DNA of 63,466 bases, counting the filler, from Chiloscyllium plagiosum (lineage: Eukaryota), in the NCBI RefSeq assembly GCF_004010195.1. It is 4 parts of one record of this genome, joined end to end, with 100 filler letters (N's around TTAATTAATTAA, not from the genome) between each part and the next. Parts side by side here need not be neighbours in the genome. Positions count along the whole stretch, not along the records: positions 1 to 16,254 come from NC_057712.1; positions 16,355 to 32,208 come from NC_057712.1; 2 more parts are not named here. One strand, written 5' to 3'. Below are positions 12,117 through 24,082 of this stretch, piece by piece. Position 1 is the stretch's first letter. Every line of letters starts with the position of its first letter. The notes under the pieces were generated by a model. The model searched no databases. It had not been told where the DNA came from and was given only the letters and a program-made list of their open reading frames with translations. Made by a program: the position numbers and the translations under genes.

Positions 12117-13782
12117 AGCATTGTGTGTCAACCCACAGCAGGTGGACTGCAGCAGTTCACCACAAACATGTCAAGGGCAACTCTGGCCGGTCAATAAATA
12201 CTAGCCAGCCAGCAAAGCCCACATCCCATGAATGAATTAGAAAAATAAAATTTGAACAAGAGCAGGGGGTCTTTGAATGTTGGCTGAAAGCATATAACCT
12301 GCTCAAAAGCCACCCAGTAAAGATCAAAGGCTTATTTATCTCACTGTTGTTTGTGACATTTTTTTGTGCACAAGTTAGTCACTGTGTTTCCTGGCATGGC
12401 AGTGACAACATTCCAAAAATAACGTATTGATTGTGAAGGACTTTTTATATATCTAGAAGATATGCAAGGTACTAAATACACAATTTCTTTCTTCAAAATG
12501 CTATAATTTGGTGAACATATTTAAACCCAAAATGAGTACTTTACGACATAAAATGCATTTACACCTGGTTACCCTTACAGATCATTCTTTTTTACCAACT
12601 GTGCAAATTCACATTGCAAACTAGATGCTTAACGCAGCTTCATAGTCATGCAGGTTGCAAAATTGATTTCATCCTTTTCTGTCCACTTATTTGATTCCAT
12701 GTTATATCAAAAGACTTACTAATTAAATAATATAGCTAGAAGTTAATATTTTGTTGTCTTTAAAGTTATACTTACAATTAGTAAATTATTATTTTTGTAT
12801 AGTGGGTTTTAGAAGTTCAGCTCATAATCAGAATTGAAGATTTTAGGATGAATAGAAATATATTTGGGAATAAAGAAAATAAAAATGTAAAATACGAGAG
12901 CTGAACAAAATAAAGTAAATCTGCAAAATGTTGTAATGATGTTACAAACATAGAGAATTCATTTATTGGATAAAAGAGTTTTAGAGTTCTTGGACAACGT
13001 GGAGCACCAAACTAAAATATTTTTCTAAGATCAAATGAGTAGTTCCCTTGGCCAAACTGAATAAAGTACAAATTCCTTTTACATACAATCCATTCTCTGA
13101 TCATTAAACCTAAAACAGCTACTTCAATTTTAACTTTAACTTCCTAGCTTAAAAATACATATCAGAAAGATTATTATAATTTCCAAGGATCATGTTGACT
13201 TGTCTAGATTGACAGGAAAAGTAAAGGGCACTTTAACAACAAGTTAAAATGTGGATTGCACCCACACAAAACAATGCAATCTGTCCCCACGCCAGCTGGT
13301 AATCAGAGCATAGCATTAGCTATCTCCCAGAAGACAGCATGCAGGAGAAATGTCAAGGCAGTTGAGTCAGATTTGACTCCTCGAGTCTTTCGGTGTGACA
13401 GCATTAACACAAAAGAATGGAGTTATGTGCCTATGCCTACTGCAATGTGTGTCTTGCAATCATTTACTGGAAACTCATCAGCACCCCAAGGAAAGAAAGT
13501 GGGTGTTAAAAGAAAAATCTAGAAGTGTGGGAATTTGCAATATTCCCTCACCGGTAGGAAGTTTCCCCAAGTAAAAGGAAAGTAACCTATATGAAACAAG
13601 TAGCTTGATTTATTCTGTAAAAACTAAGACTGAACTGAATTAGTAATTTTTCTGTTTTAAATTTGGTAATGCCTTGTTGTAATTAACTAGAGTACAAAAC
13701 AAATCATTCGAAAATCAAATTTCTAAATCAAATAAATTTTAGTTGAGGATGTAAGTTTGTTTGCTGAGCGGGTAGGTTTGTT

Positions 13783-13824
13783 CTCAGACGGTTCGTCACT
13801 ATGCTAGGGAACATCATCAGTGAG
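13783..13824 (-). ncRNA. Minimal hammerhead motif (family D), GAAA mutated to GAAC
   Basis: rc: ctca-CTGATGA-tgttccctagcatagtgac-GAAC-CGTC-tgag; helix I ctca/tgag. Confidence 0.6.
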
Positions 13825-14411
13825 CCTCCGTTGAAACGCTGGTGTTCTGTCCCACTTTTTATTTATGTATCTTGGTCTGTTCAGGTAGGTGATATCATTT
13901 CCGATTCCTTATCTCAGAGGTGATAAATGGTGTCCAAATCAATGTGTTTATTGATGGAGTTCCACTTTGAATGCCAGGCCTCTAAGAATTCCTGTGCATG
14001 TCTCCGTTTAGCCTGTCCTAGGATGGATGTGTTGTCCCAGTCGAAGTGGTGACCTTCTTTGTCTGTGTGTGGTCATGTCTTTTGGTGGATAGTTAGTACT
14101 CGTGTATCCTGGTGGCTAGTTTTCTGCCTGTCTATCCAATGTAGTGTTTGTTGCAGTCCTTGCATGGTATTTTGTATATGACATTTGATTTGCTAGTTGC
14201 TAGTATAGGGTCCTTTAGGTTAATTAGTAGCTGTTTCAGTGCGTTGGTAGATTTGTGGGCTACATGATGCCAGGGGGTCAGAATAGCCTGATAGTCATCT
14301 TCGAGATGTCTTTGAAGTATGGTAGTGTGGCTAGAGTCTCTGGGCGTGTTATGCCTTCTTGTTTGGGTTGGTTATTTAAGAATCAACGGACTGTGCTTAT
14401 CAACTAACCAC

Positions 14412-14528
14412 AAGTGAGGATTGCAGATGCTGGAAACCAGAGTCTAGATTAGAGTGGTGCTGGAAAAGCACAGGTCAGGCAGCATCCAAGGAGCAGGAAA
14501 ATCGACATTTCAGGCAAAAGCCCTTCTT
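14412..14528 (-). mobile_element. Family A' pLTR+tail fragment inserted in PLE family D
   Basis: 'gtgaggattgcagatgctgg..agagtggtgctggaaaagc..ggcaaaagcccttc'. Confidence 0.75.
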
Positions 14529-14914
14529 TATTGGGTACCTATTATTCTTGAATATGCTGCATAAGTAATCTTCTGTTGCTCATAGTTCCTGAGCGCTGCA
14601 GTGTTTTGTGGCCTATTCAAATAGTATCCTGATGCAGCTCCATTCATGGGTGTTGGGATAATTTCTCCTGTGGTTGAGTATCTGGTCTGTGTGTTTTGCT
14701 TTCATGTAGACGCTGGTCTGCAGCTTTCCATTGACTGTCCGTTCCACTGTGACATCTAGGAAGGGGAGTCTGTTGTTGTTCTCTTCCTCTTTGGTGAGAT
14801 CTATGCCAGTAAGGATATCGTTATTGATAATGTACGTTTCCTCTAATTTACTTCGTTTCATGATGACAAGGTGTCATCCACATAGCGGACCCAAAGTTTG
14901 GGGTGGGCCGAGGG

Positions 14915-16254
14915 GTCCAACCAGTCCATGCCAACCAGATATCCCAACCCAATCTAGTCCAACTTGCCAGCACCTTGCCCATATCCCTCTAAACTCTTCC
15001 TATTCATATACCCATCCAAATGCTTCTTAAATGTTGCAATTGTACCAGCCTCCACCACATCCATGTCCCTCATAATTTTGTAAACCTCTATAAGGTCACC
15101 CCTCAGCCTCCGATGCTCCAGGGAAAACTGCTCCACCCTTTTCAGCCTCTCCCTGTAGCTCAGATCCTCCAACCCTGGCAACATCCTTGTAATCTTTTCT
15201 GAACCCTTTCAAGTTTCACAACATCTTTTCGATACGAAGGACACCAGAATTGCACGCAATATTCCAACAGTGGCCTAACCAATAGCCTGTACAGCCGCAA
15301 CATAACCTCCCAACTCCTGTACTCAATACTCTGACCAATAAAGGAAAGCATACCAAACGCCGCCTTCACTATTCTATCTACCTGTGACTCCACTTTCAAG
15401 GAGCTGTGAACCTGCACTCGTAGTTCTCTTTGTTCAGCAACACTCCCTAGGACCTTACCATTAAGTGTATAAGTCCTGCTAAGATTTGCTTTCTCAAAAT
15501 GTGGCACCTCGCATTTATCTGAATTAAACTCCATCTGCCACTTCTCAGCCCATTGGCGCATCTGGTCCAGAACCTGTTGTAATCTGAGGTAACCCTTTTC
15601 ACTGTCCAATACACCTCCAATTTTGGTGTCATCTGCAAACTTACCAACTGTACCTCTTATGTTCGCATCCAAATCATTTATGTAAATAGCAAAAAGTAGA
15701 GGGCCCAGCACCGATCCTTGTGGCACTTCACGGATCACCAGCCTCCAGTCTGAAAAATCCTCCACCACCACCCTCTACCTTTGAGCCAGTTCTGTATCCA
15801 AATAGCTAGTTCTCCCTGTATTCCATGAGATCGAACCTTGCTAATCAGTCTCCCATGGGGAACCTTGTCGAATGCCTTACTGAAGTCAATATAGATCACA
15901 TCTACTGCTCTGCCCTCATCAATCCTCTTTGTTAATTCTTCAAGAAACTCAATCAAGTTTGTGAGACATGATTTCCCATGCACACGAGTTCCATAGTGAC
16001 TATCCTGAATCAGTCTTTGCCTTTCCAAATACATGTACATCCTGTCCCTCAGGAATCCCTCCAACAACTTGCCCACCACCAAGGTCAGGGTCACCGGTCT
16101 ATAATTTCCTGGCTTGTCTTTACTGCCCTTCTTAAACAGTGGCACCACGTTTGCTAACCTCCAGTCTTCCGGCACCTCAGCTATGACTATCGATGATAGA
16201 AATATCTCAGCAAAAGGCCCAGCAATCACTTCTCTAGCTTCCCACAGAGTTCTC
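14915..16254 (-). mobile_element. CR1 LINE ORF2 (RT), frameshifted, runs into gap
   Basis: VPEDWRLANVVPLFKKG, PGNYRPV, DFSKAFDKVPH, VPQGSVLGPLLF, KFADDTKIGG. Confidence 0.95.
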
Positions 16255-16354
16255 NNNNNNNNNNNNNNNNNNNNNNNNNNNNNNNNNNNNNNNNNNNNTT
16301 AATTAATTAANNNNNNNNNNNNNNNNNNNNNNNNNNNNNNNNNNNNNNNNNNNN
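16255..16354. other. Assembly gap with TTAATTAATTAA linker (same at 32209-32308 and 50582-50681)
   Basis: N44-TTAATTAATTAA-N44, identical three times. Confidence 0.95.
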
Positions 16355-16527
16355 TACAATCGCAACATTTAAGAGGCATTTGGATGGGTATGTGAATAGG
16401 AAGGGTTTGGAGGGATATGGGCCAGATGCTGGCAGGTGGGACTAGATTGGGTTGGGATATCTGGTCAGCATGGACGGGTTGGACCGAAGGGTCTGTTTCC
16501 ATGCCGTACATCTCTATGACTCTATGG
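16355..16527 (+). mobile_element. CR1 3' UTR
   Basis: 'ggaccgaagggtctgtttccatg..ctctatgactctatg'. Confidence 0.85.
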
Positions 16528-17519
16528 CATTCCAACCATAACCTGTCCTGATGCAACTGAACCGAAGCTAATAGAAAACACTAAAAATCAGTAAACATGG
16601 TCTGGGGCATCTTCAAAGCTCTGAAACGCCTCACAAAAAATGCCTATCTGACTCACTTCATCAGAATCCAGTTTCAGATGATTCTTAATTGAGTTGCTCT
16701 TCCACTGGAACCTGAGAAATATACTGCTTCAGGCTCACAACCACACAGTTTAAACTGTAGCTTAGTTTTAGCTTAATGCCAACTGAAAACTACAAATTAA
16801 ATTTGATTTGCACAAAAAATTCAGACCAAATATCAGTATGCACTCTGTCCTAGCTGAAGGGTCCTAGTTCGATACCCATAGGGAGAGCCTCAACCGGGAC
16901 CTTGGGTTCATGTCACATTACAGGTGATCACCATTGCAGTACACACACACACAGATATTCCTACACACACACACACACTCACATACACCCCCTCACAGAC
17001 TTTAAGACACTCTGCACTCACTACACACACACACACACACATTCTCACACTCACAACCCTCACCCCAGACAGACAGACACACACAGACAGACAAAAACCC
17101 ACATGCACACATATATTTTGTGTGGTGAATTTGTACTTGCAGAGTTACATTGTACTTTGCTCAAAAACTGCATGAATTCATGTAGAACTCTGAGCTCAAA
17201 AACTGCATGAATTTATGTAAAACTCAGTTATCTATTTTTTAGATTAGAATCAATCTAAACATCATGGCATAGACAGAGAACACAGGGGTCCAACGCCTTC
17301 AACATATTGTCTAGCTATCACCATTGTTAACAGCTAACCCGAGAATGCAACTTTTAAAAAAAGGTTTTGTGATTTACACATGAAAGAAGTGAAACTATCA
17401 CTGTATTCTAACAGATGAAAGGCTTAACAGACAATCAATTTTTCAATGTATAATTTCAGTTACATCACACTGCAAATTTTTTGCTATAAATTCTGTGTTA
17501 TGATCGAGCCCTCCAATAT

Positions 17520-17554
17520 CACCTGATGAAGGAGCGTCGCTCCGAAAGCTAGTG
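17520..17554 (+). ncRNA. Minimal hammerhead ribozyme motif (family B), intact
   Basis: cac-CTGATGA-A-GGAGC-gtc-GCTCC-GAA-AGCT-A-gtg: helix I cac/gtg, helix II, palindromic AGCT, CUA triplet. Confidence 0.8.
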
Positions 17555-17583
17555 TGCTTCCAATTAAACCTGTTGGACTATAA

Positions 17584-17865
17584 CAATAGACAATAGACAA
17601 TAGACAATAGACAATAGGTGCAGGAGTCGGCCATTCAGCCCTTCGAGCCTGCACCGCCATTCAACATGATCATGGCTGATCATTCCTAATCAGTATCCTG
17701 TTCCTGCCTTATCTCCATAACCCTTGATTCCACTATCTTTGAGAGCTCTATCCAACTATTTCTTAAATGAATCCAGAGACTGGACCTCCACTGCCCTCTG
17801 GGGCAGAGCATTCCACACAGCCACCACTCACTGGGTGAAGAAGTTTCTCCTGTCCTAAATGGTCT
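17584..17865 (-). mobile_element. CR1 3' end with (GTCTATT)n tail inserted in PLE pLTR
   Basis: (AATAGAC)x4 then CR1 3' UTR rc; the pLTR resumes 'aacctggtgctgtgtga' at 17866. Confidence 0.8.
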
Positions 17866-19085
17866 AACCTGGTGCTGTGTGATGTTTAACCTAGCTGAAG
17901 GGGAAATTGTGTCTTCCTTCTTTTATAGTCAAGTTTTTTCTTCACTCTTGTTGTATTTTCCCACATTCCATTGTCCGAGCTGGTCAGAGGAGTGAAGAAA
18001 TTTGCCCTCTGAGTATAAATATCAAGCTCTAAAACAATCAGTTCACTGATGTGGATCATAAATGTCTCCATGGACCTATTGAGGTAAATAGTCTGTTTTG
18101 CTGTTGTAAATATTTTGCAATATGTTGCAATTTAGTTTTGATGACAACCTCTGATGTGGATATGGGTGAAATATTTCTTCATCGTATAATTTCATTCAGC
18201 ATTTTTACTGGAATTACATTTCTCCATGAGTTTATCGGAAATTTATTGCAACTGGTTTAAAAATGACAAGAGGGATTGATGAATTCTGATTGCATGTCCT
18301 GCGCTTTGGTACAGTCTGAATGCTGATATATTTGTTCCAATCATTTATCTCTCTGAGGAATCAGATCTCAGAAAATGTTGCAGCCTGTCTTTATTGCTTT
18401 GCATTGATTCCTCTGGTCAGCACAGTTTCAGGTTTACTTGCATCTGTCAACTTTCAGCATGTAACACCTCCTATACAGACAGTCACTTCCTTCTGATGTG
18501 CAGATCCTTTGCCAGAGTGGAGCAGCAGGATCACAATTCATGTCTAAGGATGATGTGAGAAAATCACCTCAAATTCACCCGGGGCCAAACAAGATTCTGC
18601 TGAGAATGCACCGCATTAATGTACACAGAATTAATATGCACAGAATTAAGCAACAAAAGCCAGTTTTAAAGTGGTAAAATATAGAACAGATATCTCAGTT
18701 GAATAAATCAATTAAAGTTTCATGTGGTATTCAAAGAGCAAAGTGACATGTTGATGCCATTGGCATATTTACTTTTAGCTACAGCCATTAACTGACTTTG
18801 GGCTATTGATTACTTTAGAGCATTCATATATTAGTGTTAAAATTATTTCATCTTTAATTTTCCAGTTATCCTCAGTTATCGTTGTTCAATATTTATTCTG
18901 AAGTTGGAGACAATGGTTACATGTGATTAATAATACACCTAAGAAAATTGCGAGCATCATGTGAGAGATGCTGAGTAATTCTGAGTTTATTTTCAGGTGC
19001 TGTTCATATACACTGCTTTCTACCAGGGAAGAGTGGTCATCTAGGAAAGAGAACTCTAATTATTTTCTTAATCAGAGAAATTTAT

Positions 19086-20961
19086 TATTCGGAGATGCCG
19101 GTGTTGGACTGGGGTGTACAAAGTTAAAAATCACACAACACCAGGTTATAGTCCAACAGGTTTAATTGGAAGCTCACTAGCTTTCGAAGCGACGCTCCTT
19201 CATCAGGTGATTGTGGAGGGCTCGATCGTAACACAGAATTTATAGCAAAAATTTGCAGTGTGATGTAACTGAAATTATACATTGAAGAATTGATTGTCTG
19301 TTAAGCCTTTCATCTGTTAGAATACAATGATAGTTTCACTTCTTTCATGTGTAAATCACAAAACCCTTTTTTTTTTAAGTTGCATTCTCGAGTTAGCTGT
19401 TAACATGGTGATAGCTAGACAATGTGTTGAAGGTGTTGGCCCCCTGTGTTCTCTGTCTATGACCTGATGTTTAGATTGATTCCAAACTAAAAAGTGAAAT
19501 AACAGAGTTTTACATAAATTCATGCAGTTTTTGAGCCCAGAGTTCTATCACCATTGTTAACAGCTAACCCGAGAATGCAACTTTAAAAAAAAGGGTTTTG
19601 TGATTTACACATGAAAGAAGTGAAACTATCACTGTATTCTAACAGATGAAAGGCTTAACAGACAATCAATTCTTCAATGTATAACTTCAGTTACATCACA
19701 CTGCAAATTTTTGCTATAAATTCTGTGTTACGAATGAGCCCTCCACAATCACCTGATGAAGGAGCGTCGCTCCGAAAGCTAGTGTGCTTCCAACTAAACN
19801 NNNNNNNNNNNNNNNNNNNNNNNNNNNNNNNNNNNNNNNNNNNNNNNNNNNNNNNNNNNNNNNNNNNNNNNNNNNNNNNNNNNNNNNNNNNNNNNNNNNN
19901 NNNNNNNNNNNNNNNNNNNNNNNNNNNNNNNNNNNNNNNNNNNNNNNNNNNNNNNNNNNNNNNNNNNNNNNNNNNNNNNNNNNNNNNNNNNNNNNNNNNN
20001 NNNNNNNNNNNNNNNNNNNNNNNNNNNNNNNNNNNNNNNNNNNNNNNNNNNNNNNNNNNNNNNNNNNNNNNNNNNNNNNNNNNNNNNNNNNNNNNNNNNN
20101 NNNNNNNNNNNNNNNNNNNNNNNNNNNNNNNNNNNNNNNNNNNNNNNNNNNNNNNNNNNNNNNNNNNNNNNNNNNNNNNNNNNNNNNNNNNNNNNNNNNN
20201 NNNNNNNNNNNNNNNNNNNNNNNNNNNNNNNNNNNNNNNNNNNNNNNNNNNNNNNNNNNNNNNNNNNNNNNNNNNNNNNNNNNNNNNNNNNNNNNNNNNN
20301 NNNNNNNNNNNNNNNNNNNNNNNNNNNNNNNNNNNNNNNNNNNNNNNNNNNNNNNNNNNNNNNNNNNNNNNNNNNNNNNNNNNNNNNNNNNNNNNNNNNN
20401 NNNNNNNNNNNNNNNNNNNNNNNNNNNNNNNNNNNNNNNNNNNNNNNNNNNNNNNNNNNNNNNNNNNNNNNNNNNNNNNNNNNNNNNNNNNNNNNNNNNN
20501 NNNNNNNNNNNNNNNNNNNNNNNNNNNNNNNNNNNNNNNNNNNNNNNNNNNNNNNNNNNNNNNNNNNNNNNNNNNNNNNNNNNNNNNNNNNNNNNTCACT
20601 TTTTAGATTGGAATCAATCTAAACATCAGGTCATAGACTGAGAACACAGGGGGCCAACACCTTCAACACATTGTCTAGCTATCACCATTGTTAACAGCTA
20701 ACCCGAGAATGCAACTTTAAAAAAAAGGGTTTTGTGATTTACACATGAAAGAAGTGAAACTATCATTGTATTCTAACAGATGAAAGGCTTAACAGACAGT
20801 CAATTCTTCAATGTATAATTTCAGTTACATCACACTGCAAATTTTTGCTATAAATTCTGTGTTACGATCGAGCCCTCCACAATCACCTGATGATGGAGCG
20901 TCGCTTCGAAAGCTAGTGTGCTTCCAATTAAACCTGTTGGACTGGTTAACCTGGTGTTGTG
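19086..20961. mobile_element. Composite PLE family B pLTR array (one minus arm with tail, two plus arms; gap inside)
   Basis: Minus arm 19086-19545; plus arms 19546-19799 and 20596-20961; hammerheads at 19178-19206(-), 19753-19781(+), 20887-20915(+); TSD agagaaatttat at 19074-19085 and 20962-20973. Confidence 0.85.
19800..20595. other. Assembly gap
   Basis: Run of N. Confidence 0.99.
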
Positions 20962-21905
20962 AGAGAAATTTATAACTTTCAATTATCCTTTTTTGCAAAA
21001 CTTCCTCACAGTTTTTGCTTTATTTCGTATTCTGATGTAGGAGTGTTAATGCAACATTACAGGAGTTTGATTTTTATTAAAATAAACATAATTATTCTCC
21101 TGTTTAACAGCATTTAGTAATAAATGCTGTAAAATTGGATTCAGTCACTTTTTATTTGCATTGTATTAAAATCTAATTAAATACTCTACATGAAGGGCTG
21201 TCAAGAATTTCTTTAATTGCATCCTAATGTTTACAACAAATATGTATATAAAATGTTAGCTTTTAATACTTAATTCAATTATGGATATGTTTATTAAATT
21301 AACTGCATATTTAAGCATCACTTCAGACGCCAAGAAAATGCAGCCTTGTAGAAAGTCCACTGATAAAAATTCCTGTCCAAATTTAAAGAAGTGAATTTTA
21401 TCATTCTTTTTGTCTGCATTTATTCATGAGTAGTAGACACTTGTAAGGTCTGTTTCTGATCAATCGTGCTCTGGAACATTGATTGTAGGTATTACTGGTA
21501 ACAGTATTAAATATCAAACTGAGGTGGTTCGACTTTCTTTACTGGATTGTCAGAGTTTTGCAAGATTGCTTACTACGATATACCCCTAAGACCAATTAAG
21601 GAGAGGCAATAAATACTGAAATTGGGAGCAATGCCAGCAATGCTTTAACAAATATTTTTAAAAATTATTTAATATTACTTGTTATTTATCAGCCCAGAAC
21701 AGATGGAGGCATGGGAAATTTTCCCTGTATATAATCTCAGTTTAAAAATCCTTCTCCTTTGACATTATTTCTACACATGTCTATACTGATTGATTACATT
21801 TAACAGGCTCTTCCAATGTTTCAATTAGTTAATAGTCCTTTGTTTTTTTAGCCAGCATCAGCTGAACCTTCCAACTTTGGGTGGTGGGAGGCAACGTGAT
21901 CTGAT

Positions 21906-21960
21906 TCTAGATTAGAGTGGTGCTGGAAAAGCACAGCAGTTCAGGCAGCATCTGAGGAGG
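21906..21960 (-). mobile_element. 55-bp PLE pLTR fragment with 13-bp TSD
   Basis: aacgtgatctgat at 21893-21905 and 21961-21973 flanks 'tctagattagagtggtgctggaaaagcacagc...'. Confidence 0.8.
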
Positions 21961-22394
21961 AACGTGATCTGATGACCATTCTGGTGACCTCTCTGTATAT
22001 TTGATGGAAATCTTCCAAATCAGGCACTGTGCTCATGGAGAGGTCCCCCCACCACCCTGCCTGATTTCCTCTTTGGGTCAACAGCTTGCTCTAATGGTCC
22101 TTTTTTTCTAAATACAGTTCTAGCATTGTCCACCACATCCAATGGCACTGTTGAGTCTTTGGAAATGGCAGCCCTCCAATTAACTGGCAGTTCTTGGAAG
22201 TGGGCAGCATCCTTTCATGGAAATGGAGGACCAAAAAAGACTAATTCGTTCTTCAATCTTGGAAAATGCTTCCAAAGCTTCCACAAATGGCAGAAATTGG
22301 ATTGTCTTTGGATTTTAGGTCCATTACTGCCCCTCCCCGCCTTGTTCTGCCTTTTAGCCTTCAAATATACAGACCAGTGGCTTTTATATCTCGA

Positions 22395-22980
22395 GAACTG
22401 GAATTCAAAATTGCAGAAGTGGTGCTGTAGTTCTACAAAACCCTGGTTAGATCCCACTTTGAGTACTGTGAAAAGATCTGGGCACCACAGCTTAGAAAGG
22501 ATGTATGGGCCTTGGAGGGAGACATTGGTTTACAAGAATGATACCTAGACTTCAGGGCTTAAGTTATCAGGAGAGATTATACAAATTTGTCCTATTTCAT
22601 TTAGAGTTTAGAAGGTTAAGAGTGATCTAATCAAAGCCTTCAAGCTATTTACAGGAAAAGACAAAGTTGATGAAGATAAACTATTTCCACTGGTTGAGAT
22701 TCTATAACAGGGGCATAGTCTGAGAATTAGGACCAGACCGTTCAGGAGAGATGTTAGAAAATACTTCCATATCTCTACCAAAGGATGGTGGAGGTCTGGA
22801 ACACAGTGGATGCTGGATAAGTTGTTAATTTTAAATCTGAGATAGATAATTTTTGGTTCAGCAAAGGTATTAAGGGATCTGGGCCAAAGGTGGGTATATA
22901 GAGTTAGGCCAGAGATCAGCCAGGATCTCAATGTGGCAGAACAGGTTTGAGGGGCTGAATGGCTTACTCCTGTGTATATC
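22395..22980 (+). mobile_element. CR1 3' end
   Basis: 'ctggttagatcccactttgagtactgtg', 'ttaagagtgatctaatcaaag', tail 'ggggctgaatggcttactcctg'. Confidence 0.8.
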
Positions 22981-23105
22981 TTCCAATATTTCACACTGCT
23001 CCGGCAAACTAATTCATCCCTGACTTCAAAAGACCTTTACAGTTGTTGTTTATCACTATATATAGCTCCGATTAGTTTGGTAGCGAAGATGCATACAGAG
23101 TTGTT

Positions 23106-23226
23106 CAAAGTTAAAAATCACAGAACACCAGGTTATAGTCCAACAGGTTTGTTTGGAAGCACTAGCTTTCGGAGCGCTGCTCCTTCATCAGGTGGTTGTC
23201 AAACACCGGCATTTCCAAATCATGAC
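23106..23226. mobile_element. Mini-PLE family B (minus pLTR arm with hammerhead + plus tail)
   Basis: TSD tacagagttgtt at 23094-23105 and 23227-23238; hammerhead rc at 23163-23191. Confidence 0.85.
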
Positions 23227-23889
23227 TACAGAGTTGTTAAACATTTAAAATCTCTGCAGCAACATTAACAGTGCAAGTATATTGAAAATTTTCAGACTCT
23301 GTTGGTGACTGAATATGGTTAAAATGTCACAGCACAAAATACAACAGTTAGCTTTGTTCAGATAATTGTAGTGCTGTGATACAATAGGAGGGTTTTCATT
23401 GAATCAAATAAATAACTAAGCCAGAATGGGTTTCAGGAATGCTGGGAGTATGGCTACATATACACTCAGGCTTGAAATTTGACCTGAGCTATTTTAAGTA
23501 CTCAGAGCCATTTAAATAGTGCTTTCTCATTTTCTATTCAGCAGCGCTATGAAGTGACAGCTGATAAACTATGACAAGACAGCAACACTGCATCCGCCAA
23601 ACAACTTAAACCTATCGCTGAGTCCTCAGGAAGGGCTTTTGAGCAGCAACTCATGGAAGGGACAGGGACTTGAAGCTGACACGAAAGATGGCTGAAACAT
23701 TCCTTCTGGGTTCTAGAAAAGTACACTTGCTCCACCTGATAATCGAAAGGTATATCTTGCAGTAACTTCTGCTGCTTTCAGGCCAGCTGTAGGACTGTAA
23801 ATCTGTGCTGATTTCATCTCTCAAATCTTCACTGCAATTGACTTAAACAGCACTGATACCTATGGGACCAGGAGTGTGTCTGCTGATCA

Positions 23890-24082
23890 ATGTGCAGGTC
23901 AGATGAATTGTCCATGCCGAATTGCCCATAGTGTTCAGGGATGTGTGGGTTAGGAGTATTAGTCAAGGGAATTGTAGAGGAATAGGGTAGGGGAATGGGT
24001 CTGAGTGGGTTACTCCTTAAAGGGTTGGTGTGGACTTGTTGCGCCAAATGGCCTGTTTCTACACTGTAGGGATTCTATGATC
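23890..24082 (+). mobile_element. HE1-like V-SINE 3' part
   Basis: 'tgtgcaggt..aattg.ccatgc..aattgccc..gggttactc..tggacttgtt..gcctgttt..cactgtagggattctatga'. Confidence 0.8.

Larger units (their letters stand above)
10168..12250 (+). mobile_element. CR1-group LINE 3' end (second lineage), split by CR1 (pieces 10168-10608 and 12117-12250)
   Basis: IYKSQVRNVMEYTPLAWMEAAPTTLKRLDTIQDKA; tail 'cccacatcccatgaatgaa'. Confidence 0.75.
9893..12493 (+). mobile_element. Deu-domain SINE (SacSINE1-like) split by nested insertions (pieces ~9893-10167 and ~12250-12493)
   Basis: 'actgtcagaggtgctg...gttaaacc' then 'gagcagggg...ctcactgttgtttgtg...tgtgcacaagttagtcactgtgtttcct...gtgac.acattccaaaa...ttgattgtgaag' follow my recollection of the Deu-SINE body and tail. 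Confidence 0.6.
13742..14905 (-). mobile_element. Penelope-like element (family D): RT C-terminus, GIY-YIG endonuclease, pLTR
   Basis: LPFLDVTVERTVNGKLQTSVYMKAKHTDQIL; rc of ~14100-14185 reads VIYKIPCKDCNKHYIG*TGRKLATRIHE; hammerhead at the 3' end. Confidence 0.9.
16866..17890 (+). mobile_element. PLE family B 3' end: ORF stop, (CA)n tract, pLTR with hammerhead
   Basis: HRESLNRDLGFMSHYR* (PLE C-terminus), CA-rich 16940-17110, pLTR homologous to 39640-40070. Confidence 0.85.

Noticed and set aside
16299..16310. TTAATTAATTAA palindrome recurring three times (also at ~32253 and ~50626)
   Set aside because: Always centred in a 100-nt N block; an artificial six-frame-stop scaffolding linker.
16902..17210. 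His/Thr-rich ORFs (also 32641-33133)
   Set aside because: Translations of (CA)n tracts in PLE 3' regions.
19677..20641. Three ~300-aa ORFs
   Set aside because: They are translations of N gaps.
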